Part shown: in pieces, positions 53,606 to 64,000 of the stretch
Numbering within the stretch: the first letter of the stretch is position 1
Layout of the letters: every line of letters begins with the position of its first letter
NCBI GenBank assembly: GCA_963703955.1
Contig: CAVPGK010000016.1
Coordinates: 96,001-160,000, forward strand
Direction: 5' to 3'
Origin: Nitrospirota bacterium
GTDB taxonomy: Bacteria; Nitrospirota; Nitrospiria; Nitrospirales; Nitrospiraceae
Length of the DNA: 64,000 bases
Notes under the pieces: model-generated
Told to the model about the DNA's origin: nothing
Database searches by the model: none
Seen by the model: the letters and a program-made list of their open reading frames with translations, nothing else
Position numbers and translations under genes: made by a program

Positions 53606-56215
53606 TCAGCTTTTCCGCTGGTCGGCGCTCGCCTCCACCGTGGGAATGACCGTGATCAGCCCGTCTTTGACGTCGACCGTCGCGGTGTCTCCGTCCCGAA
53701 CCTCGCCTCGTACCAGCAAGCGGGCGATCGGCGTTTCCACTTCCTGCTGAATGAGCCGCTTGAGCGGCCGAGCGCCGAACACCGGGTCGTGGCCCCGCTC
53801 GGCCAAGTCGGCCGTCGCCGCCGGGGTCAGGACCAACTTGATCCGTCGCTCGGCTAATCGATCGTGGAGCCGCGTCAGTTGAATGGTCACGATTTGGCCG
53901 AGGTCCTCTCCGCTGAGCGGGTGGAAGACCACGGTTTCATCGACTCGATTCAGGAATTCCGGACGGAAGTGCCGTCGGAGCTGAGCGACGACCAGCTTGC
54001 GGATCTCGGACTGTGCTCCCCGCTCCTGGGCCTCCAAAATCTCCTGGCTTCCGATATTCGAGGTCATGATCAGGACCGTGTTCTTAAAGTCCACCGTGCG
54101 ACCCTGCGAGTCGGTCAACCGGCCGTCGTCCAATACTTGTAGCAGGACATTAAACACGTCGTGGTGCGCTTTCTCGATTTCGTCGAACAGAATCACCGAG
54201 AAAGGACGGCGCCTGACCGCTTCCGTGAGCTGCCCGCCTTCTTCATAGCCCACGTATCCCGGAGGGGCTCCGATCAGCCTTGCCACCGTGTGTTTTTCCA
54301 TGTACTCCGACATGTCGATCCGAATCAGGTTGGCTTCATCGTCGAAGAGGGTGGCCGCCAGAGCCCGCGCGAGTTCGGTCTTGCCGACGCCGGTAGGTCC
54401 GAGAAAGAGGAACGAGCCGATCGGCCGGTTCGGATCCTTGATGCCGGAGCGCGCACGCAAGACCGCGTCCGCGACGGCGCGCACGGCTTCGTCTTGTCCT
54501 ATCACGCGGCGATGGAGCAGCTCTTCGAGTCGGAGCAACTTCTCCATTTCGCCTTCCAGCAGCCGCGTGACGGGAATTCCTGTCCAACGACTGACGACCA
54601 AGGCGATGTCTTCCTCATCCACTTCCTCCTTCAGGAGCCGGCTCTCGCCTTGCTTTGTCACGAGTGGCCCTTCCTCGGACACCAATTCACGCTCCAGACG
54701 AGGGAGTTCGCCGTACCGTAGCTCCGCGACACGGGTCAGATCGTAAGCTCGCTCGGCCTTTTCAATCTCGTGCTTAACCTGTTCAATCTGTTGCCGCAAC
54801 TGGCGCAGGCGTCCCACCGACGCTTTTTCCGCCTCCCAGCGTGTCTTCAGGGCATCCGCCTCGCGGCGCTTCTCGGTGAGTTCCTGCTCCAAGGCTTCCA
54901 GGCGCGCGCGGCTCCCCGAATCGGTCTCCTTTCGCAGCGCTTCGCGCTCGATCTCCAGCTGCATGACTTTGCGCGAGACTTCGTCCAGCGCAACGGGAAG
55001 GCTGTCGATTTCCGTACGCAGCCTGGCTGCAGCTTCATCGACAAGATCGATCGCCTTGTCCGGGAGAAACCGGTCACTGATGTACCGATGAGAGAGCTTC
55101 GCGGCGGCCACCAGCGCGGCGTCCTTAATCCGAACGCCGTGATGAACTTCGTACCGCTCTTTGAGCCCGCGCAGGATGGAGATGGTATCTTCCACCGACG
55201 GCTGATCCACGACGACCGGCTGAAACCGCCGCTCGAGCGCCGCATCCTTTTCGACGTGTTTGCGGTATTCATTGAGTGTCGTGGCTCCGATCAGATGGAG
55301 TTCTCCTCGTGCCAGCATCGGCTTGAGGAGATTGGCGGCGTCCATGGACCCTTCGGCCGCCCCGGCTCCCACGACCGTGTGCAGCTCGTCGATAAACAGC
55401 AGGATCTGTCCCTGGGCGCTTTGAATCTCTTTCAAGACGGCTTTCAATCGCTCTTCGAATTCGCCGCGAAACTTGGCGCCGGCGACGAGTGCGCCCATGT
55501 CTAAGACGATCAGCCGCTTCTGCTTGAGCCCTTCCGGGACGTCACCCTTGATGATGCGTTGGGCGAGGCCTTCAACAATGGCCGTCTTGCCGACACCGGG
55601 CTCACCGATCAAGACGGGGTTGTTCTTCGTCCGCCGGGACAGAATTTGAATCACGCGTCTGATCTCGTCATCCCGCCCGATCACGGGGTCCAGTTTTCCC
55701 TGGCCGGCGAGCTTGGTGAGATCACGCCCGTACTTTTCCAGGGCCTGATACGTGCCCTCAGGGTCTTGGCTCGTGACCCGTTGATTGCCGCGAACCTGCT
55801 GCAACGCCGACAACAGTCGATCGCGTGTCACCCCAAGCCGACGGAAGACCCCCTCATCCACCATAGCCAGCAGGACGTGCTCGACGCTTACGTATTCATC
55901 ACGCAAGCCCTGCATCTCCTGCTCGGCACGCGTGAGGATCTGCGACAGGCGGGAGGTGATATGAATCTGCCCGGGGCCTGCTCCTGTCCCTTGCACTTGC
56001 GGAAGTTTGGTTAACGCCTGCTCCGCTGCTTGTTTGACGGCCGCAAGTGAGACCCCCGCCTGCTCGAGCAGTGGACCGGCCATGCCGCCCGTCTGTTCGA
56101 CGAGAGCCAGCAAGACGTGTTCGGCATCAATGCCTTGGTGGCTCCGTCGCATCGCATGGGCCGACGCGGCTTGTAAGGCTTCTTGCAACTTCACGGTCAT
56201 TCGATTCATGTCCAT
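53606..56215 (-). CDS. clpB: ClpB disaggregase
   Basis: Two AAA+ modules ([16 protein letters not shown]) plus middle coiled coil. Confidence 0.98.
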   Translation of the reverse strand: MDMNRMTVKLQEALQAASAHAMRRSHQGIDAEHVLLALVEQTGGMAGPLLEQAGVSLAAVKQAAEQALTKLPQVQGTGAGPGQIHITSRLSQILTRAEQEMQGLRDEYVSVEHVLLAMVDEGVFRRLGVTRDRLLSALQQVRGNQRVTSQDPEGTYQALEKYGRDLTKLAGQGKLDPVIGRDDEIRRVIQILSRRTKNNPVLIGEPGVGKTAIVEGLAQRIIKGDVPEGLKQKRLIVLDMGALVAGAKFRGEFEERLKAVLKEIQSAQGQILLFIDELHTVVGAGAAEGSMDAANLLKPMLARGELHLIGATTLNEYRKHVEKDAALERRFQPVVVDQPSVEDTISILRGLKERYEVHHGVRIKDAALVAAAKLSHRYISDRFLPDKAIDLVDEAAARLRTEIDSLPVALDEVSRKVMQLEIEREALRKETDSGSRARLEALEQELTEKRREADALKTRWEAEKASVGRLRQLRQQIEQVKHEIEKAERAYDLTRVAELRYGELPRLERELVSEEGPLVTKQGESRLLKEEVDEEDIALVVSRWTGIPVTRLLEGEMEKLLRLEELLHRRVIGQDEAVRAVADAVLRARSGIKDPNRPIGSFLFLGPTGVGKTELARALAATLFDDEANLIRIDMSEYMEKHTVARLIGAPPGYVGYEEGGQLTEAVRRRPFSVILFDEIEKAHHDVFNVLLQVLDDGRLTDSQGRTVDFKNTVLIMTSNIGSQEILEAQERGAQSEIRKLVVAQLRRHFRPEFLNRVDETVVFHPLSGEDLGQIVTIQLTRLHDRLAERRIKLVLTPAATADLAERGHDPVFGARPLKRLIQQEVETPIARLLVRGEVRDGDTATVDVKDGLITVIPTVEASADQRKS

Positions 56216-56337
56216 AGGTGCTGTTCCTTTATCTCAGACATCACAGACGACCTTGTTCTAATAATCACCAGGGGTAGAAAGTCAACAATGCTGGCGCATG
56301 GAACGGACGGTTGAAAGAAAACAGAGTAGCGAGTGGA

Positions 56338-56601
56338 CTATTGGTATTTCCTCAAGTGGCGTTCGATACGAAACAACAGCCAGATCCCGATAGCTCCAAG
56401 GACGATCAATGCCAGGCCTATCCCGACCAGAAGCGCCACAGCGGTCAAGACCTCATGTGGCATCATGCCCATGACGCCGGTGTCCCCGGCGTGACCGGCG
56501 AAAGCATCAGCAATGACGCTCATCTCCTTCTTTGGATCATCCACCTCGTCTAAGACTATAAGGACGAGAGCTAGCCGGTCAAGCCTCGTTTCCTGCACCA
56601 T
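56338..56601 (-). CDS. small membrane protein
   Basis: One long TM segment and basic tail; start uncertain. Confidence 0.5.
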   Translation of the reverse strand: MVQETRLDRLALVLIVLDEVDDPKKEMSVIADAFAGHAGDTGVMGMMPHEVLTAVALLVGIGLALIVLGAIGIWLLFRIERHLRKYQ

Positions 56602-56652
56602 CGCTTGACCGGGAAGGATGGTCGGGACTATTGTCGCGGATCGGCGTTTCTG

Positions 56653-57465
56653 ATGGGAAACACGCAGGTCACTCGTCCCTTCGCGGTCATCACCGGTGCC
56701 TCACGCGGTATTGGGGCCGAATATGCCCGAGCCTTGGCGGCGCGCGGCTATGATCTGCTGCTCGTCTCGCGAGACAATGATCGCATGCAGAGCCTGGCCT
56801 CAGAGCTGGTGGGGCGCCATCGCACGACCGTCGAACATGAAGTGCTCGACCTTGGGGAGCCGGAGGCGGCTCACCGGCTGTATGTGGCCGCGCGGGGCCG
56901 CCGCGATGTCGTCAATCTTCTCATCAACAATGCCGGATTCGGGCTGTTCGGACCATTCGTCCATATGCCGATGCCCCGCATCCAGGAGATGCTGCGGTTG
57001 CACGTGAACACCGTAGTGGAAACGCTGCGGCTATTTCTCCCGGATATGATCGAACGGCGGACCGGAGCGGTCATCAACGTCGCCTCGGTGGCTGGATTCT
57101 TTTCGGTTCCCTATTTCGCGGAATATTCGGCGACCAAGACCTTCCTGATCGCCTTTTCGGAAGCCCTCGCCGAAGAGGTGCGGCCCTTTGGGGTACACAT
57201 CCAGGTCTGCTGTCCTGGTACTACCGAGTCCGATTTCCATCGCACCGCGGGATTCCGTCCCCACAGTCCGTTAGGAAGCCAGACCCCGCCTGAGGTGGTG
57301 GCTCGATCGTTGGCGAGGCTCGGTCGCAGACCCAGTCTCGTGATGACGGGATGGAGAGGAAGGCTCGTTGGTACACTGAGCCGGTGCCTTCCCAGGCGCG
57401 TGCTGGTCAGGGCGGCTGCACTTTGGATGAGCCATTTGGGCCATGCGCCTCGCATGAAAAACTGA
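56653..57465 (+). CDS. short-chain dehydrogenase/reductase
   Basis: TGASRGIG, NNAGFG, YSATK. Confidence 0.93.
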   Translation: MGNTQVTRPFAVITGASRGIGAEYARALAARGYDLLLVSRDNDRMQSLASELVGRHRTTVEHEVLDLGEPEAAHRLYVAARGRRDVVNLLINNAGFGLFGPFVHMPMPRIQEMLRLHVNTVVETLRLFLPDMIERRTGAVINVASVAGFFSVPYFAEYSATKTFLIAFSEALAEEVRPFGVHIQVCCPGTTESDFHRTAGFRPHSPLGSQTPPEVVARSLARLGRRPSLVMTGWRGRLVGTLSRCLPRRVLVRAAALWMSHLGHAPRMKN

Positions 57466-57492
57466 TCATAAAGGATCAAAAGGCACAAGAGA

Positions 57493-58302
57493 ATGACCAC
57501 CATGATTCAGGCCACGCTTCAACTGTATCGGGACGCGCTCCGGTCCACCGTTCGTTCACTCACGGGCGGATGGATGACCATCATTGCCGTGATCCTGTTC
57601 GCCGGTCTGATGGTGATGGCGACTCAGTTGGTCGCGCCGCTGGGCATGCTGGGCGGATTTATCCTGGGGGCGGTCAATGCGCTGTTGATAGGGGCCACGC
57701 TCAGTCTCATCCAGCAGGCCGTGTCCGGAGGTCGACGAGTGACGATGCAGGACATCTGGGGTAGTTTCGGCCGGTACTTCTGGGATGTGATCGGGGTGGG
57801 ATTCGTGCTCTGGGTTCCGATGCTGGTGTTGGAACGTGGGATGGCGGCGAATCCGAACGGGCCGTTGATCGCGGCGGCGATTTTTCTGCTGCTCTTCATT
57901 CTTCTCAATCCCGCTCCGGAAGTGATCTATCAGGTCCGCCACGATTCTCCGCTGGATGTCTTGCGTGAAAGCTATGAGTTCATCATTGAGAATTGGATCG
58001 AATGGTTTCTGCCGCTGGCGATCATGATCGCCCCGTTGGGTCTGTCCTTTTTTTTCGGGCTGTCGAGTCGCCTTGGCCGGGGAGCGGGGCTCGATTTCTT
58101 TCAGATGCTGATTTTGCCATTCGTACTCTTGACGGCCTGGCTCGGTTATCTCGGCGCGCCGGCGGAAGTCGGATGGTTGTTGGTGATCCTCACCCCGCCG
58201 GTGGCCGTGGCCATGCTGTTATTTCGCGGACACTTATTCGCCGCGTTGCATGGAACCTCGCGGCGTCAGCGAATGTTCAGACGACAGTCTCAAGAGCCTT
58301 GA
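57493..58302 (+). CDS. integral membrane protein
   Basis: Multiple TM segments; LNPAPEVIYQ, FIIENWIEW. Confidence 0.8.
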   Translation: MTTMIQATLQLYRDALRSTVRSLTGGWMTIIAVILFAGLMVMATQLVAPLGMLGGFILGAVNALLIGATLSLIQQAVSGGRRVTMQDIWGSFGRYFWDVIGVGFVLWVPMLVLERGMAANPNGPLIAAAIFLLLFILLNPAPEVIYQVRHDSPLDVLRESYEFIIENWIEWFLPLAIMIAPLGLSFFFGLSSRLGRGAGLDFFQMLILPFVLLTAWLGYLGAPAEVGWLLVILTPPVAVAMLLFRGHLFAALHGTSRRQRMFRRQSQEP

Positions 58303-58339
58303 TCGGATCGCTGGCGAATTGAAGAGCATGCGGTGGTGA

Positions 58340-58978
58340 TTACGGAGAGAGTACGGGCTCGGTTTGACCGACGCTGCACATCATTTCTGACGGAATCTCA
58401 AGCTGCCCGGACGGGCGGAATCCCCACGCGGTTGCCAGCGCCTGGCAGGTGAGGTGCACGAGGGCGTTCTCGGGGGGATTCGACAGAGGAGGAAAATGGG
58501 CATTGCCTTTCCATTCGACCTCATTGGTAACCCCGTTGACGCCGCGGACGGTGACATCGACCGTATAGGTGGGTTGGGGATTTCCCATCACACGGCTCGT
58601 GCCCTCGGCGGAGACTTCGGAGTCCGCAAAGAGAACCAAGTCGGTCCCGACTGCTTTTCCGTGCCGAACGATCAGTGTGGCATCATCGTACGTCTCGGTG
58701 AGCTTGCGTTGCTGCTCGGGAGATAAGACCCGACGAACAGATTCCGGCAGGATGACCGTGACGCCACGGCGCTGAAGCCAGGTCGTCGCCGTCCCGATCA
58801 TGGGCTGTCTGCCCCACACCAGTATGCGCGCATCCCGCTGCGGGAGTGTCTTGTGAAAACCAGAGGTGATTGGGTAATGCACAGGGGATGGAGTGGTGGG
58901 GGATGCGCACCCCGCTAGGACGGTGATCCCGATGAGCACACCGACACGAGAGCGACCGAACAGGCAGAATGGCGGCAT
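58340..58978 (-). CDS. lipoprotein of unknown function
   Basis: Lipobox LAGC. Confidence 0.7.
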   Translation of the reverse strand: MPPFCLFGRSRVGVLIGITVLAGCASPTTPSPVHYPITSGFHKTLPQRDARILVWGRQPMIGTATTWLQRRGVTVILPESVRRVLSPEQQRKLTETYDDATLIVRHGKAVGTDLVLFADSEVSAEGTSRVMGNPQPTYTVDVTVRGVNGVTNEVEWKGNAHFPPLSNPPENALVHLTCQALATAWGFRPSGQLEIPSEMMCSVGQTEPVLSP

Positions 58979-59352
58979 GGTCCGAGCGTACCACGTGGGA
59001 CTGGTCAACAGCCCGAATCGGATGATACAGAAGTGGCCAGGGGTCGCTCAAGGAGTTGCATTGAGTTGCGCGGGGTGTGACCGGATGATTGAATTCACGC
59101 ACCTCTGCCTCTCACCTGTGATCTGGCAATGAGTCGCATTGGTCCATACGGATGTCTAGATATCGGGACAGAAGAACTCGGGCGTCTTTTCGAGGAAGAT
59201 ACAGATGAGCCGATCAGCGGTGAGTCCTCTGACTTATCAATCAGGTTCTTTCGTACGGTCATGGAGTGGTCCCTGCCAGAGATGCATGAGGGTTCGTCAT
59301 AAGGAATAACGCGCTCTTCCGTCGTCCCCAAGGTATCTCGTATTACCTTGCA

Positions 59353-62300
59353 ATGATGTGGGTGGCGGGGCTTGTGTCGACCATGGCCGTGCCGCCCACT
59401 CGAAGCGAGGCCCAAGCCCCGCCGATCACGCCGTCGGGGCTGAACACGCAGATCAGCGGGCCGATCACTGTCCCTGGCGGGACTCAGTTCAACATCACCG
59501 GCGGGACGCGACCCGGGGCGGGCCCCAATCTCTTTCACAGCTTCGGGCAGTTTGGGGTGCCCACCAGCAACATTGCGAACTTCCTCAACGACTCGGGCTT
59601 GGCGACCTCGAACATCCTGGGACGGGTGACCGGGGGATCCCCCTCGAACATCTTCGGCACGATTCAGACCAGCGGCTTTGGGAGCGCCAATCTGTTTCTG
59701 ATGAACCCGGCCGGTATCCTCTTTGGCCCCAATGCCACGCTCAACATCGGCGGGATGGCGACCTTCACGACGGCGGATTCGCTGAAACTGGCCGACGGGA
59801 CGGTCTTTCACGCCGCGCCCAACGCCGCGGCCGATGCGCTGCTGAGCGTCGCGCCGGTGGCGAGCTTTGGGTTCTTAGGGCCGAGGTCGGGCCCGATCAC
59901 GGTGGATCACAGCACGCTGCAGGTGCCGGAGGGGAAGGGGTTGGCCCTGGTCGGGGGAGCGATCCGCATCGAGGGGGGAGACTGGTCACCAAGGGGGCGC
60001 CCGTTGAGCTGACCGGGCGCGAGTCGATTGTGATCTCTGGCGTGGGGCAGGAGGGCCCGACCGGTGTCTTGACAGCCGCCGACAGTGCCGGCCATCCAGC
60101 CCGTGTCACCCTGGCGGCACCGACGGTGCGGCTGGAGACAGCGACGGTGGAGAGCACGGCGGGAGAGATCGGCAGTGCGGGGGCGATCAGGATTCAGGGG
60201 TTCGAAGGGGCTGCGGCGAACACCGTGTCCTTGGACAATGCCACGGTTCGGACGACGATCAGCGGAGGCAGCGCGGCCAGTACGCCAGGGACCATCAGGT
60301 TCACCGCGGACACCGTGACTCTGAGCAACGGGACGCATATTGCAGCCGACAGTTTGGGTGCGGCTCCTGCCGGGGACATCATCTTTAACGTGGGTAATCT
60401 GACCACGACCGGCGGTCCGAATCGCATCATTGCCGACACGCCTTCACAGTGCTGCCCCCATCTGCCGGCGGATCTCACCAATCCCGTGGTTAGCGAGTTT
60501 GGAGTGCTGATTGCCAGTAATAGCAGGGGCGTGAATACGGAGGCGGGTCGTGCGGGGACGATCATCATTCAGGGCGTCAATGGTCCAGGGAGCGTGGCGA
60601 AGAGTGTCAGCCTCATGGATACCAACCTCTCGACGAAGGTGTTTGGCGGGACGGCCGACACGACTCGAGGCTCGGTGGCCATCACCGCGGACTTGGTGCA
60701 CCTCGAAGATCACATCTTCATCGAGGCGCCCACCGCGGGCGCGGCGCCCGCGGGGAATATTGTGCTTAACGTCGGCACGCTGCTGGCGGATGTGAACCCG
60801 GATGGGATACCCATCAAGGGCGTCGATGGGGTGTTCTTCAACACCGCGAGCTTTAGCCGCGACAGCACCGGCGGCCCGGCGGGGACGGTGACCATCTCGG
60901 GGCCGGGCCCGGAGCGTACGGATGCCGCCACCTTGGTTGCCCTGGACAAGACGTATGCCTTTGCGTCGATACTTGGTGGAACAGCAGCCACAACTCCGTC
61001 GGCGATTACGATCACGGCGAAGACTCTGGCCCTTACCGCGGGAACGGGGACCTCCCTATTTGATGAGACCATTGGCGAAACGGGGATTTTTGCGATCTCG
61101 GAGAGCCCCGCGCCGGCGGGGCATATTGCATTCCACGTCGGCACGCTGCGGGCGAATGTGAACCCGGACGGGACGCCGATGGCGCACGGCTACGCGTTCG
61201 TCGCCAGTTCAAGCAATAGCCCCGACAGCACGGCCGGCCCCGCCGGGACCGTGACCATCTCGGGGCTTGGCCCAGAGTCTACGGATGCCGCCACGCAGGT
61301 CCTTCTCAACAACTTTGCCATCAACAACTTTGTGAGGGGCGGGATGGCGACCACGGCCCCGGTGGCAATCACGATCACGGCAGATACTCTAGCCATCAGC
61401 GGTAGAATCCTCACCGATCAACCGGGGGTTGCAACAGGGATTTTTGCGTTCTCCGACGGCCGCACGACGGCCGGGAATATTACGCTTAATGTGGGTACGG
61501 TCTCGACCTACAACACGATTATTACGAGCACCAGTACCAGTGTTGCTCCCAACGCGGGGAACGCCGGGAGCGTCACCATTCAGGGAGTCGGTGGCGCCGA
61601 GTCCCGTGCTGCCGCGATCACGCTCAACGGGACCAACATTACGACTGAAGCCAATGCCGGTGCCGGCGGGTCGATCGCGCTGGCCTCCGCGACGGACATC
61701 ATGCTGGCGGATTCCACCATTTCCGCCACCGTGTCAGGCGGCAGCCAGCCGGGCGGCAACATCACGCTGTCTGCCGGTAACCAGATTGCGCTCGCCGACG
61801 GATCGGTGATCTCCGCACGAAGCACCGGCCTGGGCGACGCGGGGAATATCCTGATCAACGCCGGGCAGAATTACACCAGCACCAACAGCGCGGTCACCAC
61901 AGAAGCCGCGCAGGCCAGCGGCGGTAACATCACGGTGACGGCACCCGGCATGGTTAACCTCACGAACAGCCAGATCAACGCGTCGGTACAGGGATCACCG
62001 ACGACCACCGGCGGCAACATCATGATCGACCCGCAGTTTGTGATTTTGCAGAACAGCCAAATTCTTGCCCAGGCGGCGCAGGGGCAGGGCGGGAACATCT
62101 CCATTACGACCAATGCCTTGGTATCCGATGCCACGAGCCTGGTGGATGCGTCGTCGCAGTTTGGGGTGAGCGGGACCGTGCGGATTCAATCGCCGAACGC
62201 TCCTGCGGCTGGCAAGATCGTGCCGCTGTCGAAGACCACGCTGGAGACCGCTCCCCTGCTCGGCCAACGCTGCGCCGCCGTGGAGGGGGGCCTGTACAGC

Positions 62301-62540
62301 AGCTTCGTGGTGGCTGGGCACTACGGCATGCCGACAGTGCCGGGAGGGTGGCTGACGAGCCCGCTGGCGGCGCTGAGTGTAGACACGGGGTTCGGGGTAG
62401 GAGGTGAGGGGCGAGAGGGAATGTATGCGGCGTCTTCGCTTACAAATGAGGCAGCGATCCTGTCCCTGCGAGGGTTGCGGTCCTCCGACACACTGGCGAA
62501 CATCTTTTTGACGGATTGGACAGCAGGCTGTGGATCATGA
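59353..62540 (+). CDS. filamentous-haemagglutinin-like (TpsA) exoprotein, frameshifted at G6 (59973-59978)
   Basis: NLFHSFGQF, NILGRVTGG, LFLMNPAGILFG secretion domain; the second frame continues with beta-helix repeats and AGNI motifs. Confidence 0.88.
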
Positions 62541-62687
62541 TCGGTTCGCGCTGGGAAATGGAAGGGCATGATTCCGTGTCTCATGCGGCTCCTCACCCCC
62601 CTTGACAGTGGCAACCATGACCGGACGGGATATTCGTCGAAACCGTGACAGGTACCGGGACTGGTTTCCTGGGAGGAGGGTACTCGT

Positions 62688-62927
62688 ATGAGACATGCAA
62701 TCCGAACCGGAATCCTAGCCGCGTTTCTCCCTCCGTTCGTGGCGATGGTAGCATGTCTCGCTTCTCCTTCCGTCTGGATCGCATCGTCGGCTGACCTGGC
62801 CCAGCCGATTGTCAGTTCTACCGCCGCCGAGGAGCCACCCGAGCACCATGGTGTAGATTCTCAATGTCGCGCCGAACTCCAGAAACTCTGCAGGGACCTC
62901 ACCAAGACAATGGCGTGGGGTGATTAA
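62688..62927 (+). CDS. small secreted protein, possibly truncated
   Basis: GGAGGAGG RBS, signal peptide, CRAELQKLC. Confidence 0.55.
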   Translation: MRHAIRTGILAAFLPPFVAMVACLASPSVWIASSADLAQPIVSSTAAEEPPEHHGVDSQCRAELQKLCRDLTKTMAWGD

Positions 62928-63138
62928 TCGGCGACCCATCGTCTGACGTCGGTCCATTCTCCTCTTTGTCCGAACCCTAGCCGCCCCGTCGCAATTTACT
63001 CCTGACCGCTCCTCTCAATTTTGGCATTCCCCAACTTTGACAATACGCTCCTATCGTCTATGGTTAATAAAGATGGAGGATCAGAAGCCAGGGAATAGGC
63101 TACGGCAGTGACACCGGTTTCTCCAGCGGAAGGTGGAA

Positions 63139-63999
63139 ATGATCCCGACGTTCTCCGTCGTCATTGAGTGGGACAATGTCCTTCTTTCTGAATCGATACG
63201 GGCCCGCCGAATGTTGATGGCCCTTGATGGGCAATTGGCCGCGCTGCCCCGCACCGAACACCGACCTCAGGTTCTGCTTGTCCATGATGCGCTGACCATG
63301 GATGGGCATTTGATTCAGCAATTGGTCTGCGACACGCTTAAGAGTCGGGATATCTATGATGTGGAACTCGTGCCGGGCGCGGGATTGCACTACTATGAGC
63401 TCAAGAATCTTGGTGCCACACGAGCGCACGGGGAGGTGATTGTCTTTCTCGATAGCGACGTAATCCCGGAAGAGGGGTGGTTGCTGGGTCTCCTTCGCGC
63501 CTTCGAGTCTCCTGCCGTGCACGTCGTCTGTGGTAATACGTACATTGAGCTTGAGGGCCTGTACAGCAAGGCCTTTGCCCTGTTCTGGTTCTTTTCGCCT
63601 CGGGTTGACAGCAAAGGTCTCGTGCCTGTCGAGAGCTTCTACGCAAACAACGTCGCCTTCCGCCGCGAGATCTTTCAGGCTCGTCCCTATCCCACCGTGC
63701 CCCTGTTTCGTGCCCAATTTGTGACGGTGGTGCATCACCTGAAGCAACGCGGTACCGTCATTTGGTTGCAGCAGGGGTCACGTGTCTCGCACCCACCGCC
63801 TAACGGATTGAAACATTTCATCTGTCGGGCGTTGGCCCAGGGGTACGATGCGGTGATGACCGAGGACCTGACCGGAATCCGTTCGTCGGGCAATTCCTAT
63901 TCTCGATATCGAGACGCCTTGGGCCGGATTCGTACACGTTATCGTGAGGTCGGTCTTGGACGCGGCGGGGCGCTCGGCGCAGCCACCCTTGCGACGGGT
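63139..63999 (+). CDS. family 2 glycosyltransferase (runs off right edge)
   Basis: MIPTFSVVIEW...KNLGATRAHGEVIVFLDSDVIPEEGWL (DxD). Confidence 0.88.
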   Translation, partial: MIPTFSVVIEWDNVLLSESIRARRMLMALDGQLAALPRTEHRPQVLLVHDALTMDGHLIQQLVCDTLKSRDIYDVELVPGAGLHYYELKNLGATRAHGEVIVFLDSDVIPEEGWLLGLLRAFESPAVHVVCGNTYIELEGLYSKAFALFWFFSPRVDSKGLVPVESFYANNVAFRREIFQARPYPTVPLFRAQFVTVVHHLKQRGTVIWLQQGSRVSHPPPNGLKHFICRALAQGYDAVMTEDLTGIRSSGNSYSRYRDALGRIRTRYREVGLGRGGALGAATLATG

Positions 64000-64000
64000 T

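Overview
GC-rich bacterial chromosome segment, most likely Nitrospira/Nitrospirota (inferred from gene content and protein style, not proven). The backbone carries acs, a pseudo-caspase-TPR protein, an LPP20/LpoB/COG3014 lipoprotein cluster, proC, a GAF kinase and response regulator, a TPP decarboxylase, an OPT transporter, tRNA-Phe, trmH, proA, the pyrR-pyrB-pyrC-carA-carB-greA operon with a PyrR attenuator, hsp20, clpB, an SDR, a frameshifted haemagglutinin-like exoprotein and a GT2 glycosyltransferase. Two accessory regions interrupt it. (1) A 3.7-kb tyrosine-integrase element remnant (8907-12596) sits inside a 64-aa gene and supplies a synonymously recoded replacement 3' end. It has visible arm-type sites, a HEPN-like cargo gene and two homologous promoter-small ORF-RHH regulator cassettes. 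(2) A decaying island of about 17.5 kb at tRNA-Phe (19133-36661) holds a broken DUF6538 integrase, a type I toxin-like peptide, hsdR/hsdM stubs, a candidate 144-nt structured RNA ahead of a MEDS gene, a PEP-CTERM protein, a sigma54 activator, a duplicated beta-helix exoprotein and four type II toxin-antitoxin pairs. No CRISPR array or rRNA was seen. All calls come from reading the sequence by eye; no database searches were run.
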